From contig CM069150.1 of the NCBI GenBank assembly GCA_035221665.1, positions 37,200,001 through 37,264,000 of the forward strand: a DNA stretch of 64,000 nucleotides, read 5' to 3'. Source of the stretch: Okamejei kenojei. Its lineage: Eukaryota. Below the pieces are notes generated by a model, which ran no database searches, was not told the origin of the DNA, and saw only the letters and a program-made list of their open reading frames with translations. Within the stretch, counting starts at the first letter, position 1, and each line of letters starts with the position of its first letter. Below, one piece after another: positions 26,821 through 39,660 of this stretch. The translations under genes were made by a program, and so were the position numbers.

Positions 26821-27214
26821 TAATGCATAATAAATACTTTAGATTCCCACCTAATAGATTAACTACAACATCAGTAAAATACCATTCTAATTTAGAAATC
26901 ACTCGCCTAATTGGGTTTTATTAATATTTTCATTCAAACTGTTTCATCAAACAGAACATAGTTTTAGTTCTGTTTTTGATCAACCTCAACCACCCAGAAT
27001 CGGAAGTGACTTAGTCAATGGAGAACTTGTGGTTGAATTGTATAGTATATGTATGTGAATAGTGTAATTCTAAATAGGTATGGAAGAATGCTGTTGTATA
27101 TTTTTCTGAGTGCTAGGGTTTTCTTGTTAGGGTTATCACACACTGGAACCCCTCCAATGCATTCATGATCATGAATACCAAAATGATAGTTGTCTCAGAT
27201 CGGTTTTACAAATG

Positions 27215-28057
27215 ACTAGATTAAGTGGGACCCCTTGAGTCCATGTCACACAGGAGGCCTCGTCCCCCAACGCAGCCCGTTCCCCAATGCAATATTCCAC
27301 CACTCACCCGTTCTCCCAATGCAACCTGTCCCCCCAACGCGATATTGCACCACTCACGCATAGTCCCCAAATGCGCAGGCAGGCTCATTTCACCTCATCC
27401 CTCCCCCTCCTCTTCACCCTCCCTCTTCTTTCCCCTCTCCTCCTCCCCTCCCCAACTCTCTCCCTCACTTCTCCCTCCCTCTCCTTTACCCTACCCTCAC
27501 TCCCTCCATAACTTCTCTCACCTCCGTACCCTCCTCCTATCCCTCTATCCCCACTCCTCACTTCCCCCTATTCCCCCCCCCCCCCACTATCCCTACTGAC
27601 CTCCACCACTGAAATCCTCTCCATCTATTCCCCACTGCCTACCTTCCCCAACCCCCCCTTCCTCTATCCCCCCTCCTCCACTCTTCTCACCTCCCCCATT
27701 TCCCCCCTCTCCCTCCCTACCCCTTCCTCTCTCTCTCAATCCCCCCAATATCCCTCCTCACCGCCCCAGGATCTTTCCCCTCCTCCAATCTCTCCCTCAC
27801 CTCTCCCTCCCTCTCCTTTCCCCTACCCTCAGTCACACCCTCCCTCCCTCCCTGTGTGTGGTGTCTGTGTGAGTTACTCAAACTCCGTGCAAACTGCTCG
27901 GCCACCCTGCAACCTGACTCTCCCTCCCTCCCTCCCTCTGCCCACTCCAGCTCAGCCGCCGCTCGTCCCGTCCCCATCCTGTCCGATCGCCTGCTGCTGC
28001 CGCTCGTTCCTTCCCCGCCCTGCCTGCCTGCTGCCGCTGCCGGGCCTCGGTGGGGGG
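27215..28057 (+). mobile_element. Helitron/Helentron-like element 5' part with subterminal hairpin and long C-rich tract
   Basis: Starts ACTAGATTAAGTGGGACCCCTTGAGTCC; shares CCACTCACGCATAG.CCCCAA.TGCGCAGG with modules at ~18385 and ~18713; polypyrimidine tract 27395-27853. Confidence 0.5.
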
Positions 28058-28578
28058 ATGAAGGCCAACATGCCATTAACTTTCTTCACTGCCTGCTGTA
28101 CCTGCATGTTTACTTTCAGTGACTGGTGTACAAGGTCACCCAGATCTCGTTGCACTTCCCTTTTTCCTAATCTGACACCATTCAGGTAATAATCTGCCTC
28201 CTTGTTTTGCCGCCAAAGTGGATAACCTCACATTTATCTACATTATACTGCATCTGCCATGCATCTGCCCACTCACTCAAAATGTCCAAGTCACCCTGCA
28301 ACCTCCTAGCATCCTCTTCACAGTTCACAGCCACCCAGCTTTGTGTCATCTGCAAATTTGCTAGTGTTACTTTTAATCCCATCATCTAAATGATTAATAT
28401 ATATTGTAAATAGTTGCGATCCCAGCACTGAGCCTTGCGGCACTCCACTCGCCACTGCCTGCCATTCTGACAGGGACCCGTTTATTCCTACTCTTTGTTT
28501 CCTGTCTGCCAACCAATTCTCTCCATGTCAATACCCTACCCTCAATACCATGTGCTCTAATTTTGCCCACTAATCTCC
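28058..28578 (-). mobile_element. CR1 RT fragment
   Basis: ADRKQRVGINGSLSEWQAVASGVPQGSVLG...FADDTKLGG; WQMQYNVDKCEVIHFG. Confidence 0.92.
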
Positions 28579-29034
28579 AGGTGTCTGGCGCTGTAAAGCA
28601 GCAACTCTACTGCTGTGTCACCGTGCCACCCCAAGTTGGGCTCTGCCTTTTTTAAAGAAGATATTCATGAAAACTTCCCTTCTTATTATTTATGAAGTTG
28701 TCCACCACTATTCACAACTATATATGGTTTGCAATTTCCACTGTTTAGCATGTATGCTCTGCTGCTTCACCAAGTTGGCACAGAAACTCTGTAATGGACA
28801 GATGGTCAGCAACCGGTAGTTTTACAGAGGAGGAGGTCAAGCAAGCATCTTCCTTTCTTGATTGTCCCATCGCCGGATCATCTGCCCTTGCAGATGGTCG
28901 TGGAGAAGTCTGGGCTTTGGGAGAATAGTACGATTATGGGTTCAGGTTTATTATTGTCACGTGTATCGAGGTACTGTGAAAAGCTTTTGTTTTGCCTGCT
29001 ATCTAATCAGATCAGATAATAATATACATAAGTA

Positions 29035-29225
29035 CAAGACCACCACCAATTTTCCGGCAACCGACGGTCTGGCACCTCCTTTAATCTGGACCAAATCACG
29101 AGAGCACACTTGAATTCCCCCGCTGAAGTCACCCCAAAATATGGGTGCCTGGGCTGGGTGAGGCGGCCTATCTCGACCTTATCAGGACTTCCGCGCCATT
29201 CGGAGGGTCGAATTTGCCTCCCCCC
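29035..29225 (+). mobile_element. DNA-transposon end (TA-CA start, pogo/Tigger-like), copy 1
   Basis: Colinear similarity with 60912-61110. Confidence 0.65.
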
Positions 29226-29472
29226 GCTGTTCAGGAAGTTATCACATTTTTAAAAAAATTACCTAAGATCACATATTTTCAAAATGTTTAAGGTAAAATA
29301 CAACTTAACTGTTGTTCAATTTAGGAGGATTTATTTTCTCTTTTTTCGCCGTAATCCAAGAAAATATTAATGATGATGTTTACATGCTTTTATATAAATT
29401 AGATTGATTTATCTATCTTAATAAGTGTGAAATTAAAAAAAAAACATGGCTCTCAATTCTCTAAAGGAATGA

Positions 29473-29586
<114 letters not shown>

Positions 29587-30396
29587 TAAGAATGTGGTTT
29601 AATATCTTCTGCTATATTACCTTTTGTGTGGGTGTACTTGTTTAACTTCAGGGCATGTTGAAGATTATTTATAATTACCGAACCACTGGCAAAGTGTGAC
29701 TTTATTATACTAAGTTCATTTTTTTGCATTGTGCCCTCTTGTGTGAGTAGAGTAGTGAAAAACAGAACAATAAAATTATGGGAAATGGAGTCCCAAAGAT
29801 ATTTTTCAATTTTGGTGATTTTGAAGAAAGGTTATTTGACATATATATAAAACTTATTTGTACATAGCTAGAGGCTATTAGTATAGGTAGACTGGCTTGC
29901 CAGGAGATCAACATTTGTTTTACTGTGCTACAATTATGATCCATTAACTAGCAATTCACTTGAAGCTTTTGATTTTCCACTATTGCCGCACAATGATATT
30001 TTACACTCTGAAATGGAGCAAACAATTTGACTATTTTTTCCACTTCCCCTTCTAAAACATTTTTTGGAATAGTTGTTTCATTCGAAAACTGAAGCATTGT
30101 AGCTGATTCTAATCCTCTTCCAATATCACTTGAGCTCTGACCACTTTGCTGAAAATCAACAGGCCACAGGAAAGGAATCGGAAAAAAAAGTGGCACATTT
30201 TGCTTGTTTTTTTCAAGCGCTCTCCTGCCTCAGAAATGCAGATCAAAATATTGAGCTTTCTCTCCTGCATGGCTCAATGCAACAATATTAACAACAAATT
30301 TGCCCATTTAGGTAATACATTTATTTCCAGAGGTGATATATACCTCGACATAGCTCTTCTATAGTTGTTGAGATGGCATTTCTTGTTTTAGATTAG

Positions 30397-30603
<207 letters not shown>

Positions 30604-31369
30604 TGAAAGAATTACTTTAAAATAATTATAAAAAATAATTGAAAATCTGCAGTTGCGCATTACAAAATATCTTGCATAATTACAGAATTTACGTTTGAGT
30701 AATGCTTCATGATTTAGAATTAATGTTTCGATTTATGACTGTTGCACATGCTTCAAAAACCAAAATAGTTGGTTTGCAGCGTTATCGTAGACAAGATTGT
30801 TTCCTTTTCCCCCAGGAATAATTAAATTGTAAGATGACAAACAGCACTCGTGCTAAGCTTGGTGGGAGATGAGATAAATCAACTTTAGATGTAATTTCGG
30901 ATGTAGTCCTGTGAAATAAAATTTGTCGTGTATTTCTATGAGGTTCAGGTAGGTGTTATTTAATTGAAGTATTTTAAATGATAAAATAATTTTACAGGGT
31001 TAATTAGAAATATTACTTCCTCTGGTATAATCTTAATCTTAATATGTTTTGGTATGATGGAGTCAAAGTAGAAAGCACTTAGCTAACAGATTGTGTTGAA
31101 ACTTTGGAATATATTCTGGAAAAATATATGGATGGTCAATAAAAAAAAATTAAGGCTACGATCTCATAAAGTTTTATTATGTACATATATTAAGAGATAT
31201 AGAACATAGTTGAGTAAATATACACTAACTGAATTATGGAGCTTATTAAGGAGCTAAATGGTGCTTGTGTTCCAGTTCACTCCAGTTTAACAAGTTGTGA
31301 ATAATTGTGAAATAAATGTTGATGTCCTTACAGAAAAAATATTTTTATTTCCTATAGGAATGATTCAGC

Positions 31370-32470
31370 GGACATTATGTGTAAAGGACTGTGGTTCATA
31401 CAGTATCAGGTGTGGAATTGGAGGCGATTTTATTAGCATGGATTGAGGATTGGTTTAGGGAGAAAAAGTAAGAATAAGCAGACTAAGTTTGAAATGGTAG
31501 CCTGCAATTACTGTCACAGGAAATAAAGTGACCTCTATTTTCAACTATTTTCAGTTTTAGATGAGTATAATAAATGGAATCCAACTGACGATACAAAGTA
31601 AACTATGGGGAGAATGAAAAGAGTTAGTAAACTAATAAAGACAGGTTAGGCATCTGGATACGAATGCGGCAAATGGAATGCACTGGGAAATATCAACTTA
31701 AATTGTTGAGGAAAAATAGAAAAACATGATAATTTTAAAAGATGACAATTCTGGAAATTGTTGTTTGTCAGAATGACGTGGTTGTGTTACACAAAGCACA
31801 AAGTTAACAAGTATAGAAAGAATTTAAGAAATTATGTGCTACTTTTATCGTAAAAGAATTGGAGTATATATGTAAGGTAGTCTTACTGTGATTAAATGGC
31901 GCCTTATGAAGGCACAGCTGGATTACTTGTGTAGTTTTGATTTCCTTGCCCAAGAAGAAATGCTCTTATTTTCGATGAGGTGTAAAATTTATTCACACAA
32001 CTAATTTTCTGGATTCAATCAGTTTTAGAAAGAGGAGAGATTAAGTGCACTGGGCCTTTTTCTTTGTTTGAGTTAAAATGAATGAGTGATGACCTCAATG
32101 AAATTAGATTATCTGCCGAAACGCTTGTCAGAATCGATCAGGGAGTTTGTTGTCCTTGTTGATGGAGCCAAAAGCCAAAGGCTTGGCCATTAGGACAGCG
32201 GTAAAGAGAAATGTTTCTTTAGAGTGTAATTGATGGAAATTCTCCATCCCAGATGGCTATGTATTTGATTTTTTGTGCATGCATGCTCACATGCATAAAC
32301 CAATCTACAATTTTGATGACTATTTTCAAGATAGGAACAAGTAGAGTTCTTGGAATCTGGGGATACATGATGATCGAATTAAGTGAAGATCTGCCAACAT
32401 CTTATTAAATGGAAAAGTAGTTTTGAAGTGTCAAATGCCCTGCTGTTCCTTTTTTCTATATTCTTGTATC
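31370..32470 (+). mobile_element. Old, heavily decayed CR1 ORF2/3' fragment
   Basis: Residual motifs in CR1 order (TTAGCATGGATTGAGGATTGGTT, GACGATACAAAG, GGCAAATGGAAT, CACAGCTGGATTAC, GGAAATTCTCCATCCCAGA). Confidence 0.6.
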
Positions 32471-33180
32471 CTAATTAAAAATGAATCCATGACTAATTTA
32501 GAGAGAGAACTTTCTATGATGATTTCTGCGACACTTGACATCTTACAATCTTGAAAATAATTAACTCACAACTGAATAAAAAACATAAGAATAAGACACA
32601 CAGGCAGGAATAGGCTCTCTGGCCTCTGAAACTTTATCCTCTATTCCCTAAGATTATGGTTAATTCAAAAATGTATCCCCATTCCTGTTCTATACCCGTG
32701 CCTCTTTACTCATTTTGTGTCCAAAAATAGGAGTCTCAGCTTCAACTGAAACAAGCAAGCGATTATAGTTCAATACCTACATGGATATGATAATTAGTCA
32801 TAGAGTCATGGAATGATACAGTGTGGAAACAGGCCCTTCGTCCCAACTTGCCCACACCGGCCAACATGTCCCAGCTATACTAGTTCTATCTGTCTGTGCT
32901 TGGACAATATCCCTCCAATCCTGTCCCATCCATGTACCTGTCTATCTGGTGAATTCTGATGAATAGATTTCTCCTTACCTCTAACCTGAAATGCCCTAAG
33001 ATTGTGATCTATGTTCCTAAGGTCTTCAACATAAGGAGGCAGCCTCTCAGTATCAACCCTCTTTATAATTCCCCCTTTTTTTTCTTACCACAGCCCCCTA
33101 CCCCCCACAATTTGTTGAATACTATTCCACACCAGACAGTTTTCCTAGTATTACACCCTGGAGGCCATGACTTATGATTC

Positions 33181-33309
33181 CGTCTGAAGAAGGGTCTCGA
33201 CCCGAAACGTCACCCATTCTTTCTAACTAGAGATGCTGCCTGTCCTGCTGAGTTACTCCAACATTTTGTGTCTATGGCGTAAATCAGCATCTGCAATTCC
33301 TTCTTACAC
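33181..33309 (+). mobile_element. Short Penelope pLTR-derived insertion carrying a hammerhead core
   Basis: Homologous to the reverse complement of 13432-13562. Confidence 0.85.
33182..33213 (+). ncRNA. Minimal type-I hammerhead ribozyme motif: GU-CUGAAGA-A-GGGUC-UC-GACCC-GAAA-CG-UC-AC
   Basis: Conserved core CUGANGA...GAAA...UH, 5-bp stem II, palindromic mini stem III (ACGU). Activity untested; stem I is only ~2 bp. Confidence 0.65.
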
Positions 33310-33563
33310 TAATGTTTGTTTGAAGATGATTTCAATATATGGGATATCATATCTGCAATTGATCCTGCGATGTCTTTACACACATACATCAAGCTCATGT
33401 ATGTTGATTGTATGTTCAAATTTGTAAGCTTATTACATCTTCAGTCATTGTCATTTCATTGGGAATCATTTCATATAAATCGACAATAAAAATGTTGGCT
33501 ACTTTGTACTTTTTCAAAGAAACAAAGACAAATAGAAATTATTTTGGTGCTTCAAGTAAAGTT

Positions 33564-33956
33564 CATAGAAACATAGAAAATAGGTGCAGGAGTAGGTCAT
33601 TCGGCCATTCGAGCCTGCACCGCCATTCAATATGATCATGGCTGATCATCCAACTCAGTATCCCGTACCTGCCTTCTCTCCATACCCTCTGATCCCTCTA
33701 GCCACAAGGGCCACATCCATCTCCCTTTTAAATATAGCCAATGAACTGGCCTCAACTACCTTCTGTGGCAGAGAATTCCACAGACTCACCACTCTATGTG
33801 TGAAAAATGTTTTTCTCATCTCGGTCCTAAAAGATTTCCCCCTTATCCTTAAACTGTGACCCCTTGCGCTGGACTTCCCCAACATCGGGAACAATCTTCC
33901 TGCATCTAGCCTGTCCAACCCCTTAAGAATTTTGTAAGTTTCTATAAGATCCCCCC
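33564..33956 (-). mobile_element. CR1 3' end with CATAGAAA repeat terminus
   Basis: DRLDAGRLFPMLGKSSARGHSLRIRG...LWNSLPQKVVEA (ORF 33655..33918). Confidence 0.92.
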
Positions 33957-34889
33957 GTGTGCAAGTTCAGCTCTTGCATCAAGTAATATTTGAGCCCAAG
34001 TTCTTTCTGGTCTCTTATGGTCTAGATACTTACTTTATAAACCTAGTGTGTTAATAGGAAGACATTTCCTTCATCTTCAAACCCTACTTCACCTTGATTC
34101 CAAAGACGTTGTGTTTAGTTTAATGGAGAGATACAGCATGGTCCACATCACCCACATGTTCACACTAGTCCTACATTATCCCACTTTCTCATTCTCTCCC
34201 TGCACCCTAGGGGCAAATCACAGTGGCTAATTATTCTACAATCATTTATTTATTCATTTATTTTAAATCTATGTTTATGCCGATATTTTCAGTTTTTCAA
34301 TGGAGTATAGGTTTAATAAAAGTAGAGTTGGAATATGTGGTTGGAAGTGTGCTATTGATAATTTTGAAACAGTTACTTGGAAAGGACCACAAAGACAATG
34401 TTTTTTGACAGCATGCATATTTTATTTGATATGTTCTAAATATGCATCTACATTTAACGACATGAAAGAAGGAAGATGGAGATACCTTAAAATTAATATC
34501 TTTCACCATGACAGCAGGTTTACAGTTCCTCTTATTTGAGTAAGAATTAGTTTTATTGAAACAGAGTTCAATTTAGTAATGGGACAGAAAATACAGCCAT
34601 TCTTATTTCTATATTACTCGGTGAATAACATTACAAATGATAAATTGATAACTAAAGCAGCATGGGTAAAATAAATAGCTCAAAATTATCTTATTAGGAC
34701 CCATATACATTAAAAATCTATTTCCATGAGTAAAATGGTGTGTAAAATGTATAGATAACATAATGCATCAATTTCTTATTGCTGAAGGCATTCGTGTAAA
34801 TAGAACATATGTCAGTTAATTCTTGATAGTTTCCTTTGCTTATTAATGCTTATGTTTACATTGAACTAATACATTTCTCCCCCTCCTAA

Positions 34890-35003
<114 letters not shown>

Positions 35004-35358
35004 TCAAAACTAAGAATTGCCACTGAAAATTTACATATCCAAAATTTCATCAGAGAAGATTTATATTGTTTTTCTGCTGCACAACCTCATTGTAAATTCC
35101 AATTTGTGTACAAAACTGTGGCACACCGCAGTGAGTGAACAATTGTATAATAAGAAATAATTCATTCCAGTCTTTGAGTAAGACTGTCGTTAAATATTAA
35201 TTTTGTTTGATCCATTTTGATGCATATAGTCCTGCTGCCGTAAATCATATTGCTGAAATGTTTTGTATGTTTTATAACTAATTAAGAATAGAGACATGGC
35301 CTTATTTTGACATCACTAATACGGTTTGCTGTTACAAATATTTATCTTTATGTCCCCA

Positions 35359-35949
35359 ATTAAAATAGAAGCATTTAGCTTATGTTGATACCTGATAAAC
35401 ACACTCTTCATCTCAAATATGTCAGGATTTCTTCTAACCGATACTTGTCATTACTATGTTGTTTTGTTCTAAAAAATTGCACATACAAATTCTAACATGA
35501 TTAGCAATTTATTCTTACATTCTGAAAATCAATGTAATAATGCAGGACATTCTGGGAGTTCTAAGAGTTTCTATCTAAATTAATTTCCAGGTATTACATT
35601 TTTAATTTTGGTCAGAAATTTTAATTTTGATTATGTTTTCAGGGTTTTTACACTTTTGTCTATTAATCATTTGCCTATAAATATTCACTTTAATTATGTG
35701 TACTATCTTTACTAGAGGAATATAACCATCAATTGTCACAGATAAATTAAAATGTAATAATATCTTTGTACGCATTCATGCAAATACAATTTATTTTACA
35801 CCGTGTGAACCTGTTGGGGCTAGATCTATTTGTTTCACTTTCGTGTCCAGTACCTCAGTAATTCTTTCTGCTTGAATTTTGTATCTCTCTAGATCCTTTA
35901 GTGTAATTTGGAGAATTTGCTCTGAAGGCTATCTCAATGTCACAATAAA
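35359..35949 (+). terminator. Candidate DPM1 polyadenylation signals (ATTAAA 35359-35364; AATAAA 35944-35949)
   Basis: Hexamers in AT-rich sequence downstream of the stop codon. The site actually used cannot be determined from sequence. Confidence 0.4.
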
Positions 35950-36127
35950 ATTGGTAGAAGGAAGTATGGTGTGCGTTTGATTTGTTACTTCAGCCAGTAA
36001 TTGATGAAGTTCTAAGACTTGGCACATTCACTAACCAGGCCATTACCAGTGATGGGAATAATACATGTAAACCAGCATTCCTACTTTCTATGGTATCGCA
36101 TTTAACAAACTTGTCTAAAATTGGGCA

Positions 36128-36342
36128 AAAACAAACTACTGGAAGAACTCAGTGGGTCAGCCAGCACCTGCGAAGGAAAATGGACAGAAATCTTTTTGGG
36201 TTGGGACCCTTCTGCAGACTGAAGAAGATTCCTGACATGAAATACCATCTATCAATTTCCCAACATAAATGCTATATGGCCTGTTGAGTTCTTCCAATGG
36301 TTTTTTTCGCTTAAGATTCCAGCATCTGCAGCCTCTTGTGCC
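36128..36342. mobile_element. Palindromic Penelope pLTR-derived insertion, degraded
   Basis: CTGGAAGAACTCAG...CCCTTCTGCAGACTGAAGAAG...GAGTTCTTCCA...CAGCATCTGCAG. Confidence 0.7.
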
Positions 36343-37611
36343 TTATTGTCTAAAATTGGTATTGGTTTTACTTTCAAGCAGACGTGCTTTGCTCTTGTTG
36401 GCTGATGCACGAATGGTGTAATAATTTCATTTTTATTAGTTAGTTATTTCTTATAAATAGAATCCAGAAATCTTAACCTTACAACTTTGCATCATTTCAG
36501 GTTATCAGTGAAAATTGCAGGTACGTTTATAGCAGTCTCAGTGAAAAATTACACTGCATTTTCATTTAATTGATCTGTGTTGTGCTTTAGAGTGCTGTTT
36601 GTGTGCACCGTAACGTAAATCCCTAATCAGATTCATATTTTGTTAAGACGGTGTAATTGTTTCGTATTGAGTTCTGTACTCCTTTCAGTTCTGTCTAAAC
36701 AAAATGATTTTCTTTAAATAGATTCTTACACATTTGACCAGATACTGATTAACTGTTGAAAATAACAATTTTGGGACCTGTTATAAGCATGTGATTGTGG
36801 TGAGTAAAAAAAATAGCAGTTCACAAATACCAAACTCTTTAGGATTTTTGTGAAACAAGTTCCTGACAGGAGTTGAATTAGTATGGCTAATCTAAGTACT
36901 GTCTTTGAATTTTTTTTTAAATGTGAGATTATATTTTTGCTCCTGTGGAATAAACAGATAATTATCACAAATCCAAGATTTGTTAGGTGCAATGGATTGT
37001 CATACCACATGTTGATTGAAATCTTTCCAGTAACCTTAATTTGAATATTTATGTAAAAGCAATGTTTGAGTTTTCATTTGTGGAAAATGTCATGAAATAA
37101 TGAAATATTTGCATACAGTTATGTCCTAAGTAATATATTACTAAATTAATGAAAAGGCTGTTTTAGAACATTTTTTTTCCAAAAATTCTGGATCTAAATA
37201 TGCATCACAATTAAAATCTTTTAGAAAGCAGGAACTTGCATTCATATATCAGCTTTTAAATCTTCTGTATGATCAGTTTTACAAACAAGGAATTATAGTG
37301 CAGTCATTATTATGTAAACTGAATTGATAGGCAATTCATACACAAATTTAAGAATAAATAACTACCTCTAGGACAGAAAACACACTGCTATCTTTGGACT
37401 GTTATACATATGTCTGACCTAGCAGACAGGCCCTTGGTTTACAGTATCAGCTGAAGGGTAGCACTTCTCAAATTATCTTAAAACATCTATGTGGATTTGA
37501 TGTTTAAATCCATAGTAGTACTAATGTCTGTAACCTTATGACTCATGAGATGAACATGCAAAGTTTGGGTTGGAAGTTTAATTAACAATTCTTTATGTCC
37601 TTTTGGTTTGC

Positions 37612-38175
37612 TTCAAATTCAGATTCAGATTCAAAACTTTATTGTCATTGTGCAGTGTACAAGTACAGAGACAACAAAATGCAGTTAGCATCTCACCCAG
37701 AAGTGCGAACACAGAATAATGGAACAGTAAATATATATATGTATATACAGTAGCAGTAGTGCAATTTCCGGGGACGGAGATCAGTCACTGGGGGAAGGGG
37801 GGGGGGGATGACTGGCAATCACCAAGGCGTAAAGTAGGGTAACAACCGCAGGGGAGAAGCTGTTCCTGAACCTGCTGGTCCGTGAACGGAGAGAGAGACC
37901 TGTAGCACCTCCCAGATGGGAGGAGGGTAAACAATCTGTGGTTGGGGTGAGAGCAGTCCTTGACGATGCTGCGCGCCCTTCGCAGACATCGCCTGATCTG
38001 GACAGACTCAATGGAGGGGAGTGAGGAACCGGTGATGCGTTGGGCAGTTTTCACCACCCTCTGCAGTGCTTTCCGGTCGGAGACTGAGCAGTTGCCATAC
38101 CATACTGTGTTACAGTTAGTAAGGATGCTCTTGATGGCACAGTGGTAGAAGTTCACCAGAATCTGAGGAGACAAA
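37612..38175 (-). mobile_element. Rex1/Babar-type LINE 3' end with (TCTGAA)n tail
   Basis: NFYHCAIKSILTNCNTVWYGNCS..DRKALQRVVKTAQRITG...HPNHRLFTLLPSGR. Confidence 0.88.
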
Positions 38176-39474
38176 GTGCTTACAAAGGTCTGTGAGTGAA
38201 GAACTTGAATCTTGAATAAAGAATTCAAGATAATAAAAGATAAAAAAGAATCACTCTTGAATAAAGAATTTCAGTGAGGCCAGTGAAGCTAACAAAAGGA
38301 ACAAAGATCAGCAGAGAATCCATTCAATCCAGGTTTCAATATTATATAAATATTCCACCCCAAAAATACTGAGATCAGGTGTAATCCCCAAAATTGTCTT
38401 GGTGAGCAACTCAAAACATTATTATTGATTAGATTAAACTCAGTCTGGTCTCTTTTGTCCAGCACGACAGTTGGCAAAATATAAGACAAAACATCTGACA
38501 GGCCTATATCCCGATAAAAGTCTGCTCAGAACAAACTTCGTATGTGATCAGAAATACTTGCCAAATCGTCATAACATTTAGTCAAGGTTCTGTGCTCCTG
38601 AAACAAAAATGTCATGAAATCAACCAAAAATGACTGATTAATTTAAAATGGGATATCAAATCATATTTTAATCAAAAATACAGAGGCATCAAAATAAAAA
38701 CTAGACTAAATGGGTTGTAGTATTGAATGGTGGAATCTGAATGCAATGACTATGAAAAATGGGCTGTGGATATATGTTTACAATCCTTCAAGTTAGGCTT
38801 CTAGTATTGCACCATACAATTATTGGAGGAGTGGGAGAGGAGTTCATAAAGTAAGATCAAAAACTACAAAGTAATAGTCATCTAGTATCATGCTGTCTAA
38901 TAAATGTACTATTTTGTCCAGGGCTTTCATTTGCTCTCATCCACTTTTTTGAAAAAAAAAATTGTTTTGCAACATAATAAAACAAGTCAGTTCCAGTTCG
39001 TCAAATCACTGAAACTATTTAAGCATTTACTGAATGTTTACAGACTTGCCTTTGTTTGCATGAGCGCAGGACAAGCGTGATGTTGACAAAAGTACTAGTG
39101 CCATAAATAGTCTTTGTATCAGCACCAAAAAGTCCAATGACCAAAACAAACTTCAAACTATATACTCCAACTATATATTTTTTATTGAAACAAAACTCCA
39201 TTGCAGAACTGAAATCAGAATAAATGTACATTTTAAATAAATAAATAATGTACTGCAATGAATGTACAACCAAATGATTTGTTGTAAGCTAAAATAACTT
39301 ATACATCGCTAATTCTCCCCAGATATATCCAAAGAGTCAATTGGTATTAATACTTTGCCTTGATGAGGTTCAATTTGAGATGAATATGAACAAAACCCCT
39401 TGTTGAGCTTGAATGATAGATTGTGGATCTCACAATAGTCTAGGAAGAGATTGCATTAATACTGGTTGTATTTC

Positions 39475-39660
39475 CATAAGATGTAGGAGCAGAATGAGGT
39501 AATTCGGACCATACAGTACTCCGCCATTTAATCATGGCTGATCTATTTTTCCCTCTCAACCCCATTCTCCAGCCTTCTCCCGTAGCCTTTGAAGCCCTTC
39601 TTATTGAAGAATGTTCAGTCTATGCACTTTGAAGGCCTTCCTAATCAAGAATTTCCAGTC
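39475..39660 (-). mobile_element. CR1 3' end fragment
   Basis: CATAAGATGTAGGAGCAGAA...TCATGGCTGATCTATTTTTCCCTCTCAACCCCATTCTCC. Confidence 0.75.

Noticed and set aside
27225-28189. Pro/Ser-rich ORFs
   Set aside because: Low-complexity C-rich tract of a repeat.
38210-38271. Short direct repeat TCTTGAATAAAGAATT (similar micro-duplications at ~47866 and ~61752)
   Set aside because: Two-copy local slippage duplications; not an array and not CRISPR-like.
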